Below, piece after piece: positions 21,635-31,149 of a DNA stretch of 64,000 bases. Source of the stretch: Arcobacteraceae bacterium (GTDB lineage Bacteria; Campylobacterota; Campylobacteria; Campylobacterales; Arcobacteraceae); NCBI GenBank assembly GCA_963662945.1, contig OY759974.1, positions 1,472,001-1,536,000 of the forward strand. Reading direction: 5' to 3'. The notes beneath the pieces are model-generated. The model was not told where the DNA came from and did not search any database. It was given only the letters and a program-made list of their open reading frames with translations. The stretch's first letter is position 1. The number at the start of each line of letters is the position of its first letter. The position numbers and the translations under genes are program-made.

Positions 21635-21931
21635 TTATTCCTCTTGCGCTATTGCTTTTAATGGAAAGTTAGCTTTTCTTGCCATTGTTTTTACTTGGGC
21701 TACTTTTGTATACGCAATTTCTTTTGTATAGATACCACATAAGCCTTTACCATTATTGTGTACATTGAGCATAATCGTTTCCGCTTCACTAAGTGACTTT
21801 CTAAAGATTTTTGTTAAAACTTCAATAACAAATTCCATAGTAGAAAAATCATCGTTAAGTAATAATACTTTATATTTCTTTGGTTCTGCTAAATCTAACT
21901 CATCATCTAATTTATATTCATAACTTGCCAA
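21635..21931 (-). CDS. clpS: Clp protease adaptor ClpS
   Basis: YKVLLLNDDFSTMEFVIEVL, MLNVHNNGKG, FPL. Confidence 0.95.
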   Translation of the reverse strand: MASYEYKLDDELDLAEPKKYKVLLLNDDFSTMEFVIEVLTKIFRKSLSEAETIMLNVHNNGKGLCGIYTKEIAYTKVAQVKTMARKANFPLKAIAQEE

Positions 21932-21934
21932 TTT

Positions 21935-23551
21935 TTACCCTTTATTTATTGTACACTTTAAAGCACTTTGCACTAGTTGTTCCGCTACCAATTCATTTTC
22001 GTTGATGAAACTATCTATTTTTAAATCTTTAAAGTCATCTATTTGTGCTTTATGTGAAACTTTTAATACAATTGTAATAGTTGGATCAATACTATTAATT
22101 GTTTCACAAATAAGTCTAATTTTTTCATCATTATCAATCGCTATTATAACAGCAGTTGCATTTTTAACAAATAAAGAATTTAGCATAGTTTTAGAAGCAG
22201 CATTTCCAAAAAATACAATGTCACCTTTTGCATGTCCCTCTTTAACATGTTGTCTATCATGTTCAATTGCTACATATGCTAAATTTGAATTTCGTAAGTT
22301 TTTTACAATTTTTTGTCCCAAAATTGAGTAACCACATACAATAATATGATTTTTGATATCCGCACTTACCATCGGTTCTTCTAATATTTCAGTTCTTTGA
22401 GAATAAAATAGATTTGTAAATGCTCTTACATGTCTTAATACAAGTGAAGTAAAAATCAATGATATTATAACAACAGAAATCATAATTTGATTGAGTTCAT
22501 TACTTATGAGTTGATTTGTACTTGCAAGGGCAAGAACAGCAAAAGAAAACTCTCCAACTTGTGCTAAAGCAAGTGCTGTTTTGATTGCTCTTTTTGTAAA
22601 GGTAAATATTCTTACAATTAAAAATATTATAACGACTTTTAATGCTAAAATGGCAATTGATAATCCAATTATTATAAAAAAGTTTTCAAAAATAGTAGGA
22701 ATATTTACTTGCATACCAACTGAAATGAAAAAAATTCCTAATAAAATATCTCTGAATGGAACAAGGTCTGCTTCTATTTGATATTTATATTTTGTTTCAG
22801 CAATAAGCATACCTGCTAAAAATGCTCCAAGTGAGTGTGAAAATCCAAAACTATATGCAAGCCAAGCTGATGACAATACAATAAGAAGTATAGCTATTAT
22901 AAAAAGTTCCTCAGTATGACTATCTACAACATGTGCTAAAAACTTTTCTAATACATAAAAACCTAATATAAATAAAATGACACCAACAACAATAGCAGAC
23001 AAGATAGTATTAAAAACCATTGTACTTAAAGAAGCTTCTGCATTTGAAAGGATAGTAATCATTAGTAAAATAGGGATAACTGCCAAATCTTGAAATATCA
23101 AAATACCAACACTGTTTCGTCCATAAGGTCTATGAATATCACCATTTTCATTTAAAACTTTTAAAACTATGGCAGTTGAAGATAACGCAAGGGCAGAACC
23201 AATTACTAAAGAAGTTTTCATATCTAATGAGAATATTTTATTTGCAATAAAAGTAAAAATAATAGTGGTCACTATTACTTGTAAACTTCCAAAAACAAAT
23301 ACCTCTTTTTTCATTTGTTTTAGGTGATTTACTGAAAATTCTAAACCAATGGTAAACATTAAAAATACAATACCATATTCTGCAATATGATTTACATAAT
23401 TATTGTTAATGTGAATAAAATCAGTAAAGGAAACTATAACAATACCTGTAAAAATATAACCAACTATTGGTGAAATGTTAATCTTTTTTAATATAAGATT
23501 TAAAATTAATGATAAAAATAGTGTAAACACTATAACTGTTAATATATCCAT
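21935..23551 (-). CDS. CPA2 (KefB/KefC-like) cation:proton antiporter with TrkA-N domain
   Basis: Multiple TMs, FTIGLEFS, LSSTAIV, IFQDLA, AQVGEFSF, HIIVCGY; ATG 23551 with GAGGA RBS. Confidence 0.9.
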   Translation of the reverse strand: MDILTVIVFTLFLSLILNLILKKINISPIVGYIFTGIVIVSFTDFIHINNNYVNHIAEYGIVFLMFTIGLEFSVNHLKQMKKEVFVFGSLQVIVTTIIFTFIANKIFSLDMKTSLVIGSALALSSTAIVLKVLNENGDIHRPYGRNSVGILIFQDLAVIPILLMITILSNAEASLSTMVFNTILSAIVVGVILFILGFYVLEKFLAHVVDSHTEELFIIAILLIVLSSAWLAYSFGFSHSLGAFLAGMLIAETKYKYQIEADLVPFRDILLGIFFISVGMQVNIPTIFENFFIIIGLSIAILALKVVIIFLIVRIFTFTKRAIKTALALAQVGEFSFAVLALASTNQLISNELNQIMISVVIISLIFTSLVLRHVRAFTNLFYSQRTEILEEPMVSADIKNHIIVCGYSILGQKIVKNLRNSNLAYVAIEHDRQHVKEGHAKGDIVFFGNAASKTMLNSLFVKNATAVIIAIDNDEKIRLICETINSIDPTITIVLKVSHKAQIDDFKDLKIDSFINENELVAEQLVQSALKCTINKG

Positions 23552-23647
23552 TTTTCCTCTTTGAAAGTAACACATACTTTATAATATTTGAATTTAACAT
23601 AATTTTTTGTATAATGAACTTAAATAATGAATTTAAGGGTATGTAAT

Positions 23648-24028
23648 ATGAAATATGGTGAACAAGAGATAGTTGAATTTGATATAAATAAAGAAGAAAA
23701 CTATTGGCCAAATGAACATGAAAAAAATTACCTTATAGATATAGAACTTCCAGAGTTTATGGCAAAATGTCCAAGAAGTGGATATCCTGATTTTGCAGTA
23801 TTAAGATTACAATATGTACCAAACGAAAAAGTGATTGAACTAAAGGCTTTAAAGATTTATATTAATACTTTTATGTATAGAGAAATTTCTCATGAAAATG
23901 GTGCAAATGAGATTTATGATACCTTATATAAAAATCTTCAACCAAAAAAGATGAAGCTTGTAGCTGATTTTAAACCAAGAGGAAATGTTCATACAGTTAT
24001 CACTATAGATAGTGAAGAAAACAATTAG
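23648..24028 (+). CDS. queF: NADPH-dependent preQ0 reductase QueF
   Basis: PEFMAKCPRSGYPDFA, ELKALKIY, ISHE, PRGNV. Confidence 0.93.
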   Translation: MKYGEQEIVEFDINKEENYWPNEHEKNYLIDIELPEFMAKCPRSGYPDFAVLRLQYVPNEKVIELKALKIYINTFMYREISHENGANEIYDTLYKNLQPKKMKLVADFKPRGNVHTVITIDSEENN

Positions 24029-24040
24029 GAAAAAGTAGCG

Positions 24041-24676
24041 TTGAAACAATTAGTATCAAGTAATGAAGCAGCAAATATTTTAGGCTTATCTTTACAAGGG
24101 ATACATTATCGTATAAAAAAAGGGCAGTTAGAATCTATAAAACAAGATGGTAAAATATATGTTTATATAGATAGCTCAAATATAAAAAATCAACATCAAA
24201 ATACTACTTCTTCAACAAATCAAAACAAATCATTGAATGATCAAGCAATTCACTTAAGTGAATTAGCTTTAAAATCTAAAGATGAACAAATTTCAATTTT
24301 GAAAAAAACCATTAAATTTATGAGAAGACAATATACTTCTGAGATACACAGACTTGATAAAAATCAACAAAAAATATTAAATGTATTTCAAAGTGAAGTT
24401 GATTTATTAAAAAGTGCATTTAATGAGATGAAATCAATCTATCAAGTTGAACATCAAGAGAAGCAGGAACAATCTAACCAGCACTCTCATCAAATAGGGT
24501 TACCATTTATGAATCTTAAAGAATTTTTTATTCTTATGCGAAACTACAATAAAACAGATAGTCAAATCAAAGCTATTATTTTAAATAAAATTAAGAGTGG
24601 TGATAAAAGATTTATTTATAAAAAAGATACAAAAGAGGTAATTATATTTAAAAATGATTTTTTAGATTTGATCTAA
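24041..24676 (+). CDS. N-terminal HTH DNA-binding protein with coiled coil
   Basis: EAANILGLSLQGIHYRIKKGQL excisionase/MerR-like HTH. Confidence 0.75.
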   Translation: MKQLVSSNEAANILGLSLQGIHYRIKKGQLESIKQDGKIYVYIDSSNIKNQHQNTTSSTNQNKSLNDQAIHLSELALKSKDEQISILKKTIKFMRRQYTSEIHRLDKNQQKILNVFQSEVDLLKSAFNEMKSIYQVEHQEKQEQSNQHSHQIGLPFMNLKEFFILMRNYNKTDSQIKAIILNKIKSGDKRFIYKKDTKEVIIFKNDFLDLI

Positions 24677-24997
24677 AAAAACATTTTGAACAGATACGGT
24701 ACAGTTAGGTAAGATATCTGGTTTAGTGATTTGAATATTGAGTGCTGAAATATTATATTTTTTATAAAGTTTTTTTTCTAGAAAAATAATAGCATCTTCA
24801 ATAAGTCCAAATTGTTTTGTTTTCATTGTTTTTTTAACTAGCTTTGCAACTTTACTATAATCAATAAATTCTTTGTCTTGTTTGTAAAAAACATACTCAA
24901 AATCAATATTTACTATAACTTTTTGAGGCTCTTCTCTTTCAAATGGAAGAATACCAATAATTGTTTTAAATGAAAGTTCTTTTATAAAAACTTTCAT
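24662..24997 (-). CDS. folB: Dihydroneopterin aldolase
   Basis: IIGILPFEREEPQ, IDYS, FGLIE, ITKP; follows plsY. Confidence 0.88.
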   Translation of the reverse strand: MKVFIKELSFKTIIGILPFEREEPQKVIVNIDFEYVFYKQDKEFIDYSKVAKLVKKTMKTKQFGLIEDAIIFLEKKLYKKYNISALNIQITKPDILPNCTVSVQNVFLDQI

Positions 24998-25013
24998 ATT
25001 ATGAGGTTGATTA

Positions 25014-25637
25014 TTAGGCAACTTTTGTTTCCTCTCCTTTAATAAGTCTTATTATATTTGGAATATGTTTATAAAAGATAATAAAAGTAATAATGTACAT
25101 AGGTGCATTAGAATCAACTCCAAGCCCATTTTGAAGGAATATTGCAGAGATAACCACTGCAACCAGACCTAAAAGAGATGAGATAGATGAAATTTTTAAA
25201 ACTTTTGCACAAAATCCCCATACAACAGCACCTATTACTGTAGGAATAGGAATTAATACCAAAAATACACCAAGACCAGTGGCAACTCCTTTTCCTCCTT
25301 CAAAGCTTAGGTAAATACTATAACAATGACCAAGTACACTTAAGATTGCTATTGCCCATAATGTTTCTAAGGGCATATTCATAAGCATAGCAACTACTAC
25401 TATAAGTAGTCCTTTGAGTGCATCTAAAATAACAGTTGTAATACCAAGTTTTTTAGCTAAAGCTGGATTAGTTTGTTTTACAACTCTTAAAACATTTGTA
25501 GCCCCTATACTTTTGCTACCATGTTCTTTTACATTTACACCTGCATATTTTTTTGCTAATAATAAACCAAATGGGATTGACCCTACAAGATAAGCAACAA
25601 TATAAAATATGATATTTGGATTTGAGAAAAATTCCAT
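25014..25637 (-). CDS. plsY: Glycerol-3-phosphate acyltransferase PlsY
   Basis: YLVGSIPFG, GSKSIGATNVLR, GGKGVAT, HIPNIIRL. Confidence 0.96.
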   Translation of the reverse strand: MEFFSNPNIIFYIVAYLVGSIPFGLLLAKKYAGVNVKEHGSKSIGATNVLRVVKQTNPALAKKLGITTVILDALKGLLIVVVAMLMNMPLETLWAIAILSVLGHCYSIYLSFEGGKGVATGLGVFLVLIPIPTVIGAVVWGFCAKVLKISSISSLLGLVAVVISAIFLQNGLGVDSNAPMYIITFIIFYKHIPNIIRLIKGEETKVA

Positions 25638-25752
25638 ACATTTCCTTTTAAAAATAATTACGTATTTTATCCAAATCTGCTTTGAAATTGAATTAACAAG
25701 TGCTTAACTTTATTTTGTTATTATTATCTTATAAATATTAAAAGGAAAATTT

Positions 25753-26892
25753 ATGTTTAAAAGTTTATTGGTAATGTTTTTTATAAGTCTTATCTCTTTA
25801 CAAGGAGTTGTATTTGAGAAAAAAGCAACAGTATCTCCTGTTTTAGTGCAACAAGAAAAAGGAAAATTTTGGTGTCCTGTTTCTGGAGAAAAAATAGAAG
25901 ATTTTTATAAAACATCTTACATTGCAAAATTAAAAATGAATGGAAATAATAGACAATACTGTAGCTTAAGATGTTTAGTCATAGATATGGATGAATATGG
26001 AATAGATTTAGATTCAATTGAGGTCTTAGATATAACATCACAAAAATATATAAAAGCTAAAAGTGGTTACTTTGTGGTTGGAAGTAAAGTTGATGGTAGT
26101 TTATCTAGTGTAAGTAAATTAGCTTTTCAAAACATCAATGATGCACAACAGTTTGTCAAAAAGTATAAAGGAAAGATTGTTGATTTTCAAGAGGCACTTT
26201 CTGTAGCTAAAGAATCTTTGGAAAAAGATAATGAGATGATATTAAAGAAAAAGAAGAAAAAAATATATCCTAAAGGGAAAAATATATTTGATAAAGTATG
26301 TCAAAAAGAGAAAATAGACCCAACAGATTTTATTGAAATTAATGAATTAAAACAAGAAATAGTGGATAAAAAACTTTGTAAACCTTTAAAAGAAAAGGAT
26401 TTACAAGCAGTAGCTTTATATATTTGGGAAGTAAAAAGATTTGGAGATTTGAGTACTTTAGAAGACAAAGTACAAGTAACTGAAGATGAGAAGTGTCCTG
26501 TCTGTGGAATGTACACATATAAATATCCAAGATGGGCAGCACAAATTTTTTATGAAGAGGGAGAACAAAAAAAGCATTGGTCATTTGATGGAGTAAAAGA
26601 CCTTATGAAGTTTTATTTTGATCCATTAAGATGGGGAAATTATAAAATAGCAAAAAAAGAAAATATAGTAAAAATATTAGTGACAGATTATTATTCTCAA
26701 AAAGGGATTGATGGTACCAAAGCATATTATGTAATAAGAAGTGATGTTTATGGTCCAATGGGACATGAACTTATTCCTTTTGAATCTTTATCAGATGCCC
26801 AAACCTTTAAAAAAGATCATTTTGGGAAAAAAATAATTCAATTTTCAGATATATTAGAAGATGAGGTGTATCAATTAGATTTTAACGAATAG
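25753..26892 (+). CDS. Exported NosL-family protein, two NosL-like domains
   Basis: Signal peptide; CPVSG..YCSLRC..YFVVGS and CPVCGM..FDGVKD..YVIRSDVYGPMGHELIPF..FKKDHFG. Confidence 0.85.
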   Translation: MFKSLLVMFFISLISLQGVVFEKKATVSPVLVQQEKGKFWCPVSGEKIEDFYKTSYIAKLKMNGNNRQYCSLRCLVIDMDEYGIDLDSIEVLDITSQKYIKAKSGYFVVGSKVDGSLSSVSKLAFQNINDAQQFVKKYKGKIVDFQEALSVAKESLEKDNEMILKKKKKKIYPKGKNIFDKVCQKEKIDPTDFIEINELKQEIVDKKLCKPLKEKDLQAVALYIWEVKRFGDLSTLEDKVQVTEDEKCPVCGMYTYKYPRWAAQIFYEEGEQKKHWSFDGVKDLMKFYFDPLRWGNYKIAKKENIVKILVTDYYSQKGIDGTKAYYVIRSDVYGPMGHELIPFESLSDAQTFKKDHFGKKIIQFSDILEDEVYQLDFNE

Positions 26893-26939
26893 TTAACAGA
26901 TGCTAAGATACAATATATAAATTTTTACAAAGGACAAAA

Positions 26940-27659
26940 ATGAAAAAATTAGTTATAAGTTTATTGACAATAGTGTCACTATGTACAGTAGGTTCTTTTG
27001 CTATGAATCCAAATGGAACAGGGATGAAAGATGGTAAAGGGATGGATAATTATAGAGCCGTACCACCAAGTAAAGATACAATTATTCAAGATGGTAAGAA
27101 TAAAATGTATTGTCCTGTATGTGGTATGACTTTACCAATGTTTTATAGAACAAACCATGCTGCAACTGAAAATGGACATACACATCAGTACTGTTCAATT
27201 GTATGTGAAGTAGAAGATGCTGTAAAAAATGGAAAAAAACTTGAAAATCATAAAGTTGTAGATAATACTACATTAAAGTTTATTGATGCTAATAAAGCTT
27301 TTTTTGTAGTTGGAAGTAAAAAACCAGGTACTATGAGTGTTATAAGTAAATATGCTTTTGGAACAAAAGAAGCTGCTCAAAAATTTGCAGATCAATTTGG
27401 TGGAGAGATTATGAATTTTGATGCTGTTTATAAAATGGTAGAAAAAAACTTAGAAAAAGATTTACAAGCTACTAAAATGAAACAATCAAAAATGGCAGAA
27501 ATGGGTGAAATGATATACAATAAAATGTGTCAAAAAACTGATAAAAGATTTACTTCAGTAGCTGATGCTAAAACATTTTTAACAACAAGTGGTATTTGTG
27601 GAAAAATTCAAGGAAAAAAACACCAACAAGTAGCACTTTTCTTATCAAATAAAAAATAA
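26940..27659 (+). CDS. Exported NosL-family protein, one domain
   Basis: Signal peptide; CPVCGM, QYCSIVC, FFVVGSKKPGTMS..KYAF..FGG. Confidence 0.85.
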   Translation: MKKLVISLLTIVSLCTVGSFAMNPNGTGMKDGKGMDNYRAVPPSKDTIIQDGKNKMYCPVCGMTLPMFYRTNHAATENGHTHQYCSIVCEVEDAVKNGKKLENHKVVDNTTLKFIDANKAFFVVGSKKPGTMSVISKYAFGTKEAAQKFADQFGGEIMNFDAVYKMVEKNLEKDLQATKMKQSKMAEMGEMIYNKMCQKTDKRFTSVADAKTFLTTSGICGKIQGKKHQQVALFLSNKK

Positions 27660-27667
27660 TAATTTTG

Positions 27668-27697
27668 AAATACAAAATCCTTAAGGATTTTGTATTT
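27668..27697. terminator. Perfect 30-bp palindrome / terminator after NosL pair
   Basis: AAATACAAAATCCTT|AAGGATTTTGTATTT. Confidence 0.7.
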
Positions 27698-27826
27698 ACC
27701 AAACTTAACACTACACTTTATACTTTCACTATAATTACCTTTACTCTCTAAAATTCAGTAGTCACTAAATGAAAATTTGTTATATTATAAAATTAAGAGA
27801 AACAAATTTTAGGATATAAAATAAAT

Positions 27827-28819
27827 ATGAACATAAAAGAAGAAATAGTTAAGCTTAAAAAAGAGCTTGATGTAACTATTGTTGCACACTTTTATCAAAA
27901 AGATGAAGTATTTGAAATGGCTGATATTGTAGGAGATAGTCTAGAATTGGCAAAAAAATCTATGGTGGCACCAACACAAAATGTTATTTTTTGTGGGGTT
28001 GGATTTATGGGTCAAAGCCTTAAAGTATTAGCGCCGCAAAAAAGAGTATTGATGCCAAAGATTGCTTGTTGTGCAATGGCAAAAATGATAGATGTTGATT
28101 ATTATAATATGAATTTAAAAATACTCAATGAAGCAGGAATATCTAATGATGATATTCTTCCTATAACATATATTAACTCAAGTGCAGAAGTAAAAGCAGA
28201 AGTTGGGAAAATGGGTGGATATGTTTGTACAAGTTCTAATGCATATAAAATTATCAATAAAGGTTTAGAAAGTGGTAAAAAAATATTTTTTGTGCCAGAT
28301 AGATGTCTAGGGCAAAACTTTGCAAAACAAATTGGACTAAAATCAGCTGTTGTTGGAATTGATGATATTGAAGATGTAAAAAGTGCAGATATAATTTGTT
28401 TTAATGGATTTTGTTCTGTACATCAACTGTTTACTCCAGAAGATGTGGATTTTTATAGAGAAAAATATCCAGAGATATTAGTTGCTGTTCACCCAGAGTG
28501 TGATCCTGCTGTGGTAGAAAAAGCTGATTTTGTAGGAAGTACTTCTCAACTGATAAAATATATTACAGAAGATATCTCACCTGAACAAAAAGTTGTGGTT
28601 GGAACTGAATTTAACATGGTTAATCGGTTAAGAGATAAAAATACTTATGTATTAAGTTCTACAAAACCTGAGTGTCCAACAATGAATGAAACAACATTAG
28701 AGGATTTGTATAACACATTATTATCAATTAAAAATAAAACTTATGATAATGAAATAACAATTAGTGAAGATGTAGCGAAATACGCAAAAATAGCATTAGA
28801 TAGAATGTTTGAGGTTTAA
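27827..28819 (+). CDS. nadA: Quinolinate synthase
   Basis: AHFYQ, GDSLELA, FCGVGFM, YINSSA, CSVH, HPEC, CPTM. Confidence 0.96.
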   Translation: MNIKEEIVKLKKELDVTIVAHFYQKDEVFEMADIVGDSLELAKKSMVAPTQNVIFCGVGFMGQSLKVLAPQKRVLMPKIACCAMAKMIDVDYYNMNLKILNEAGISNDDILPITYINSSAEVKAEVGKMGGYVCTSSNAYKIINKGLESGKKIFFVPDRCLGQNFAKQIGLKSAVVGIDDIEDVKSADIICFNGFCSVHQLFTPEDVDFYREKYPEILVAVHPECDPAVVEKADFVGSTSQLIKYITEDISPEQKVVVGTEFNMVNRLRDKNTYVLSSTKPECPTMNETTLEDLYNTLLSIKNKTYDNEITISEDVAKYAKIALDRMFEV

Positions 28820-28824
28820 ACTTA

Positions 28825-29649
28825 ATGGCGATTAATATAAGAAAATTTGTAAAAAATGCAATTACAGAAGATAATGGAAGAGGAGATTTGTTTTTTGATA
28901 TTGCACCAAAAGGGCGATTTACTGCAAGAGTAATTGCAAAAGATGATGGAATAATTGCAGGAATTAAGTATGCAAAAGTTTTAGCACGTACTGAAAAGTT
29001 TGATTGTAAGTTTTTACTACGTGATGGAGATGAGGTAAAAAAAGGTGATATCATAGCAGAATTAGAAGGAAAAGCATCCGTACTTCTTAGTTCAGAGAGA
29101 ACTTTTTTAAATCTTTTACAACATGCTTCTGGTATTGCTACAAATGCAAGTAGATATGCAAAACTTCTAGAAGGAAGTGATGTTGTACTTCTTGACACAA
29201 GAAAAACAAGACCTCAGTTAAGAGATTTTGAAAAATATGCTTCGCGAGTTGGTGGTGCAATTAATCATAGACTAGGACTTGATGATTGTTTGATGTTAAA
29301 AGATACTCACTTAAAAACTATTTCCGATTTGAAAGAATTTGTAAAAATAGCACGAAAAAGAATATCTTGGGTAACAAAAATTGAGATTGAGTGTGAAACT
29401 TTCGAGCAGGTACAAGAAGCTATGGAAGCAGGGGCTGATATCATTATGTGTGATAATATGACACCTGAACAAATACGAAAAGTTGCAGATTATCGAGATG
29501 AAGTGCATCCACATATTTTACTTGAAGCAAGTGGGAATATCACTGAAAAAACGATTGAAAGTTACTTAGGTAGTGGTATTGATGCTATTAGTAGTGGAAG
29601 TATTATTCATCAAGCAACGTGGCTAGATTTCTCTATGAAATTCGACTAA
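28825..29649 (+). CDS. nadC: Nicotinate-nucleotide pyrophosphorylase
   Basis: ERTFLNLLQHASGIAT, DTRKTRP, HRLGLDD, EASGNI. Confidence 0.96.
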   Translation: MAINIRKFVKNAITEDNGRGDLFFDIAPKGRFTARVIAKDDGIIAGIKYAKVLARTEKFDCKFLLRDGDEVKKGDIIAELEGKASVLLSSERTFLNLLQHASGIATNASRYAKLLEGSDVVLLDTRKTRPQLRDFEKYASRVGGAINHRLGLDDCLMLKDTHLKTISDLKEFVKIARKRISWVTKIEIECETFEQVQEAMEAGADIIMCDNMTPEQIRKVADYRDEVHPHILLEASGNITEKTIESYLGSGIDAISSGSIIHQATWLDFSMKFD

Positions 29650-29770
29650 AAAAGGTTTATTTTAAATTCTAGCTTCATATAAGCAAGCTTATCTTTCAGT
29701 CACTTACTGAAGTAAGCTCCTTCTCGACAAACTTACTTCTATCTTGCTATAATTAAAATAAAACTTTTTT
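29648..29770. repeat. ~120-bp imperfect palindromic (REP/MITE-like) element between convergent nadC and pgpA
   Basis: Arms AAAAAAGGTTTATTTTAAATTCTAGC / GCTATAATTAAAATAAAACTTTTTT; core GTCA-CTTAC-TGAA-GTAAG-CTCC. Confidence 0.55.
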
Positions 29771-29791
29771 TATATTTGTATGTTAGAAAAA

Positions 29792-30250
29792 TTAGAAGAT
29801 TAGAAAATAGGTTAGGCTAGTGCACAGACCTGCAAATACTCCTGCGATCATATCGTCACCCATAACTCCCCAACCACCTTTTACATCTCTATCAATTTTT
29901 CCAATAATAGATGGTTTCCAAATATCAAAGATTCTAAAAAATATAAATGCAATGATTCCCATAATCCAATTTTCAGCTGTAATTCCAGATACACCCATAG
30001 CAATCCACATACCTGCTAATTCATCTATAACAATCTCTTTACTATCATGGATACCCGTTTCTTTTTCATAAATATCAATTTGTTTAACTGCAATTACAGA
30101 GATAAGAAGAGAAAGCAAAAAAAGTGTGGTGATACTTATAATTTGCAATAATCCCATACCAAGAATTAATGCTACAAAGCTTCCTACTGTTCCTGGTGCT
30201 TTTGGGCTTAGTCCACTATATCCTACTGTTACAAAAAATTTATTTAACAC
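29792..30250 (-). CDS. pgpA: Phosphatidylglycerophosphatase A
   Basis: SGLSPKAPGTVGS, EIVIDELAG, FRIFDIWKP, GVMGDD. Confidence 0.95.
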   Translation of the reverse strand: MLNKFFVTVGYSGLSPKAPGTVGSFVALILGMGLLQIISITTLFLLSLLISVIAVKQIDIYEKETGIHDSKEIVIDELAGMWIAMGVSGITAENWIMGIIAFIFFRIFDIWKPSIIGKIDRDVKGGWGVMGDDMIAGVFAGLCTSLTYFLIF

Positions 30251-31149
30251 TATTTATCACCTTTTTCTTTTTCTATACCAAATTTTTTTCTTTTTTCCCA
30301 TAGTGATTTTCTACTAATTCCAAGCCGTCGACTAAGTTCAGTATCTGGATACTTGTCTTGAAAACTGGTAACCATTAACTTTACATAATCATTAATTGTA
30401 AGTATTGAATCTACAGTTGAAAGTTTATTTGCTATTTTAAGTTCAATTTTTGGATAAGGAATATCTCCTAAATCTTCTAAAGATGAGAGAATAACATCAA
30501 AATTTTCTATTGTTTTTAATATAAGATCCTTTGAACTTTTTTTAACATAATGAAAGTCATAAATGTATAATAATTCATCTTTAAAGTCATTAGGTTCAAT
30601 TTTTGTACTATTCTCTAAAGAGATAAATTTTATAGTCTTATCTAATTTTTGTGCAACTTCTAAAACTATTTTATCTGCAACTCTCTGGTCATTTGTTTCA
30701 ATTGCAAAAGGAAGTGTATCTGGAATTGCTACATCATGTTCAATGTTATAAAATGCAAAATCTATATAGTTTGTTAAATTTTTCTTCATTTGTTTTAATT
30801 TTTTAAATTCATCATAATGATAAATTTTTCGTACTAACTCATCCATAATAAAAGGTTTTACAATATAGTCCATTGCACCATCTTTAAGAGGTTTTGTTAC
30901 TGTAGTATCATTGATATATGAAACAAGTAAAATAATAATACTATCTTTAAATTTTGAAATAATTTTATGTACATCATTACTACTAATATTTGTAGAAAGC
31001 AAAATAACATCATAATGTTCTTCAAATTTCACTTCTTTAATATTTGATACGTGAGTACAATAATTTCCTTCTTCATGAAGTCTTATAGCAACTTTTTGTG
31101 CTAAATAAACTTCTTCATCTAATATAAGTATATTCATTTTGTTTTCCAA
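30250..31149 (-). CDS. Atypical response regulator: receiver-like domain plus C-terminal Fis-type HTH
   Basis: ILILDEE, GAMDYIVKPF, DTELSRRLGISRKSLWEKRKKFG. Confidence 0.85.
   Translation of the reverse strand: MENKMNILILDEEVYLAQKVAIRLHEEGNYCTHVSNIKEVKFEEHYDVILLSTNISSNDVHKIISKFKDSIIILLVSYINDTTVTKPLKDGAMDYIVKPFIMDELVRKIYHYDEFKKLKQMKKNLTNYIDFAFYNIEHDVAIPDTLPFAIETNDQRVADKIVLEVAQKLDKTIKFISLENSTKIEPNDFKDELLYIYDFHYVKKSSKDLILKTIENFDVILSSLEDLGDIPYPKIELKIANKLSTVDSILTINDYVKLMVTSFQDKYPDTELSRRLGISRKSLWEKRKKFGIEKEKGDK

Noticed and set aside
23552-23647. preQ1 riboswitch upstream of queF
   Set aside because: The short AT-rich divergent spacer holds only -10 boxes; no preQ1 stem-loop or A-rich tail consensus is visible.
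25753-27659. Nitrous oxide reductase (nos) cluster
   Set aside because: Only NosL-like genes are present; no nosZ, nosD, nosF or nosY in the window.
27700-27826. Regulatory RNA or operator upstream of nadA (AAAATTTGTT…AACAAATTTT inverted repeat next to the RBS)
   Set aside because: The 10-bp arms are almost all A/T and plausible by chance at this composition; no recognisable riboswitch consensus.
29703-29716. CTTACTGAAGTAAG resembles riboswitch P2 (CTTACTGTGAAGTAAG): second riboswitch?
   Set aside because: Lacks the flanking CCAAA / GACGGAAAG junction and P3, and lies between convergent 3' ends.
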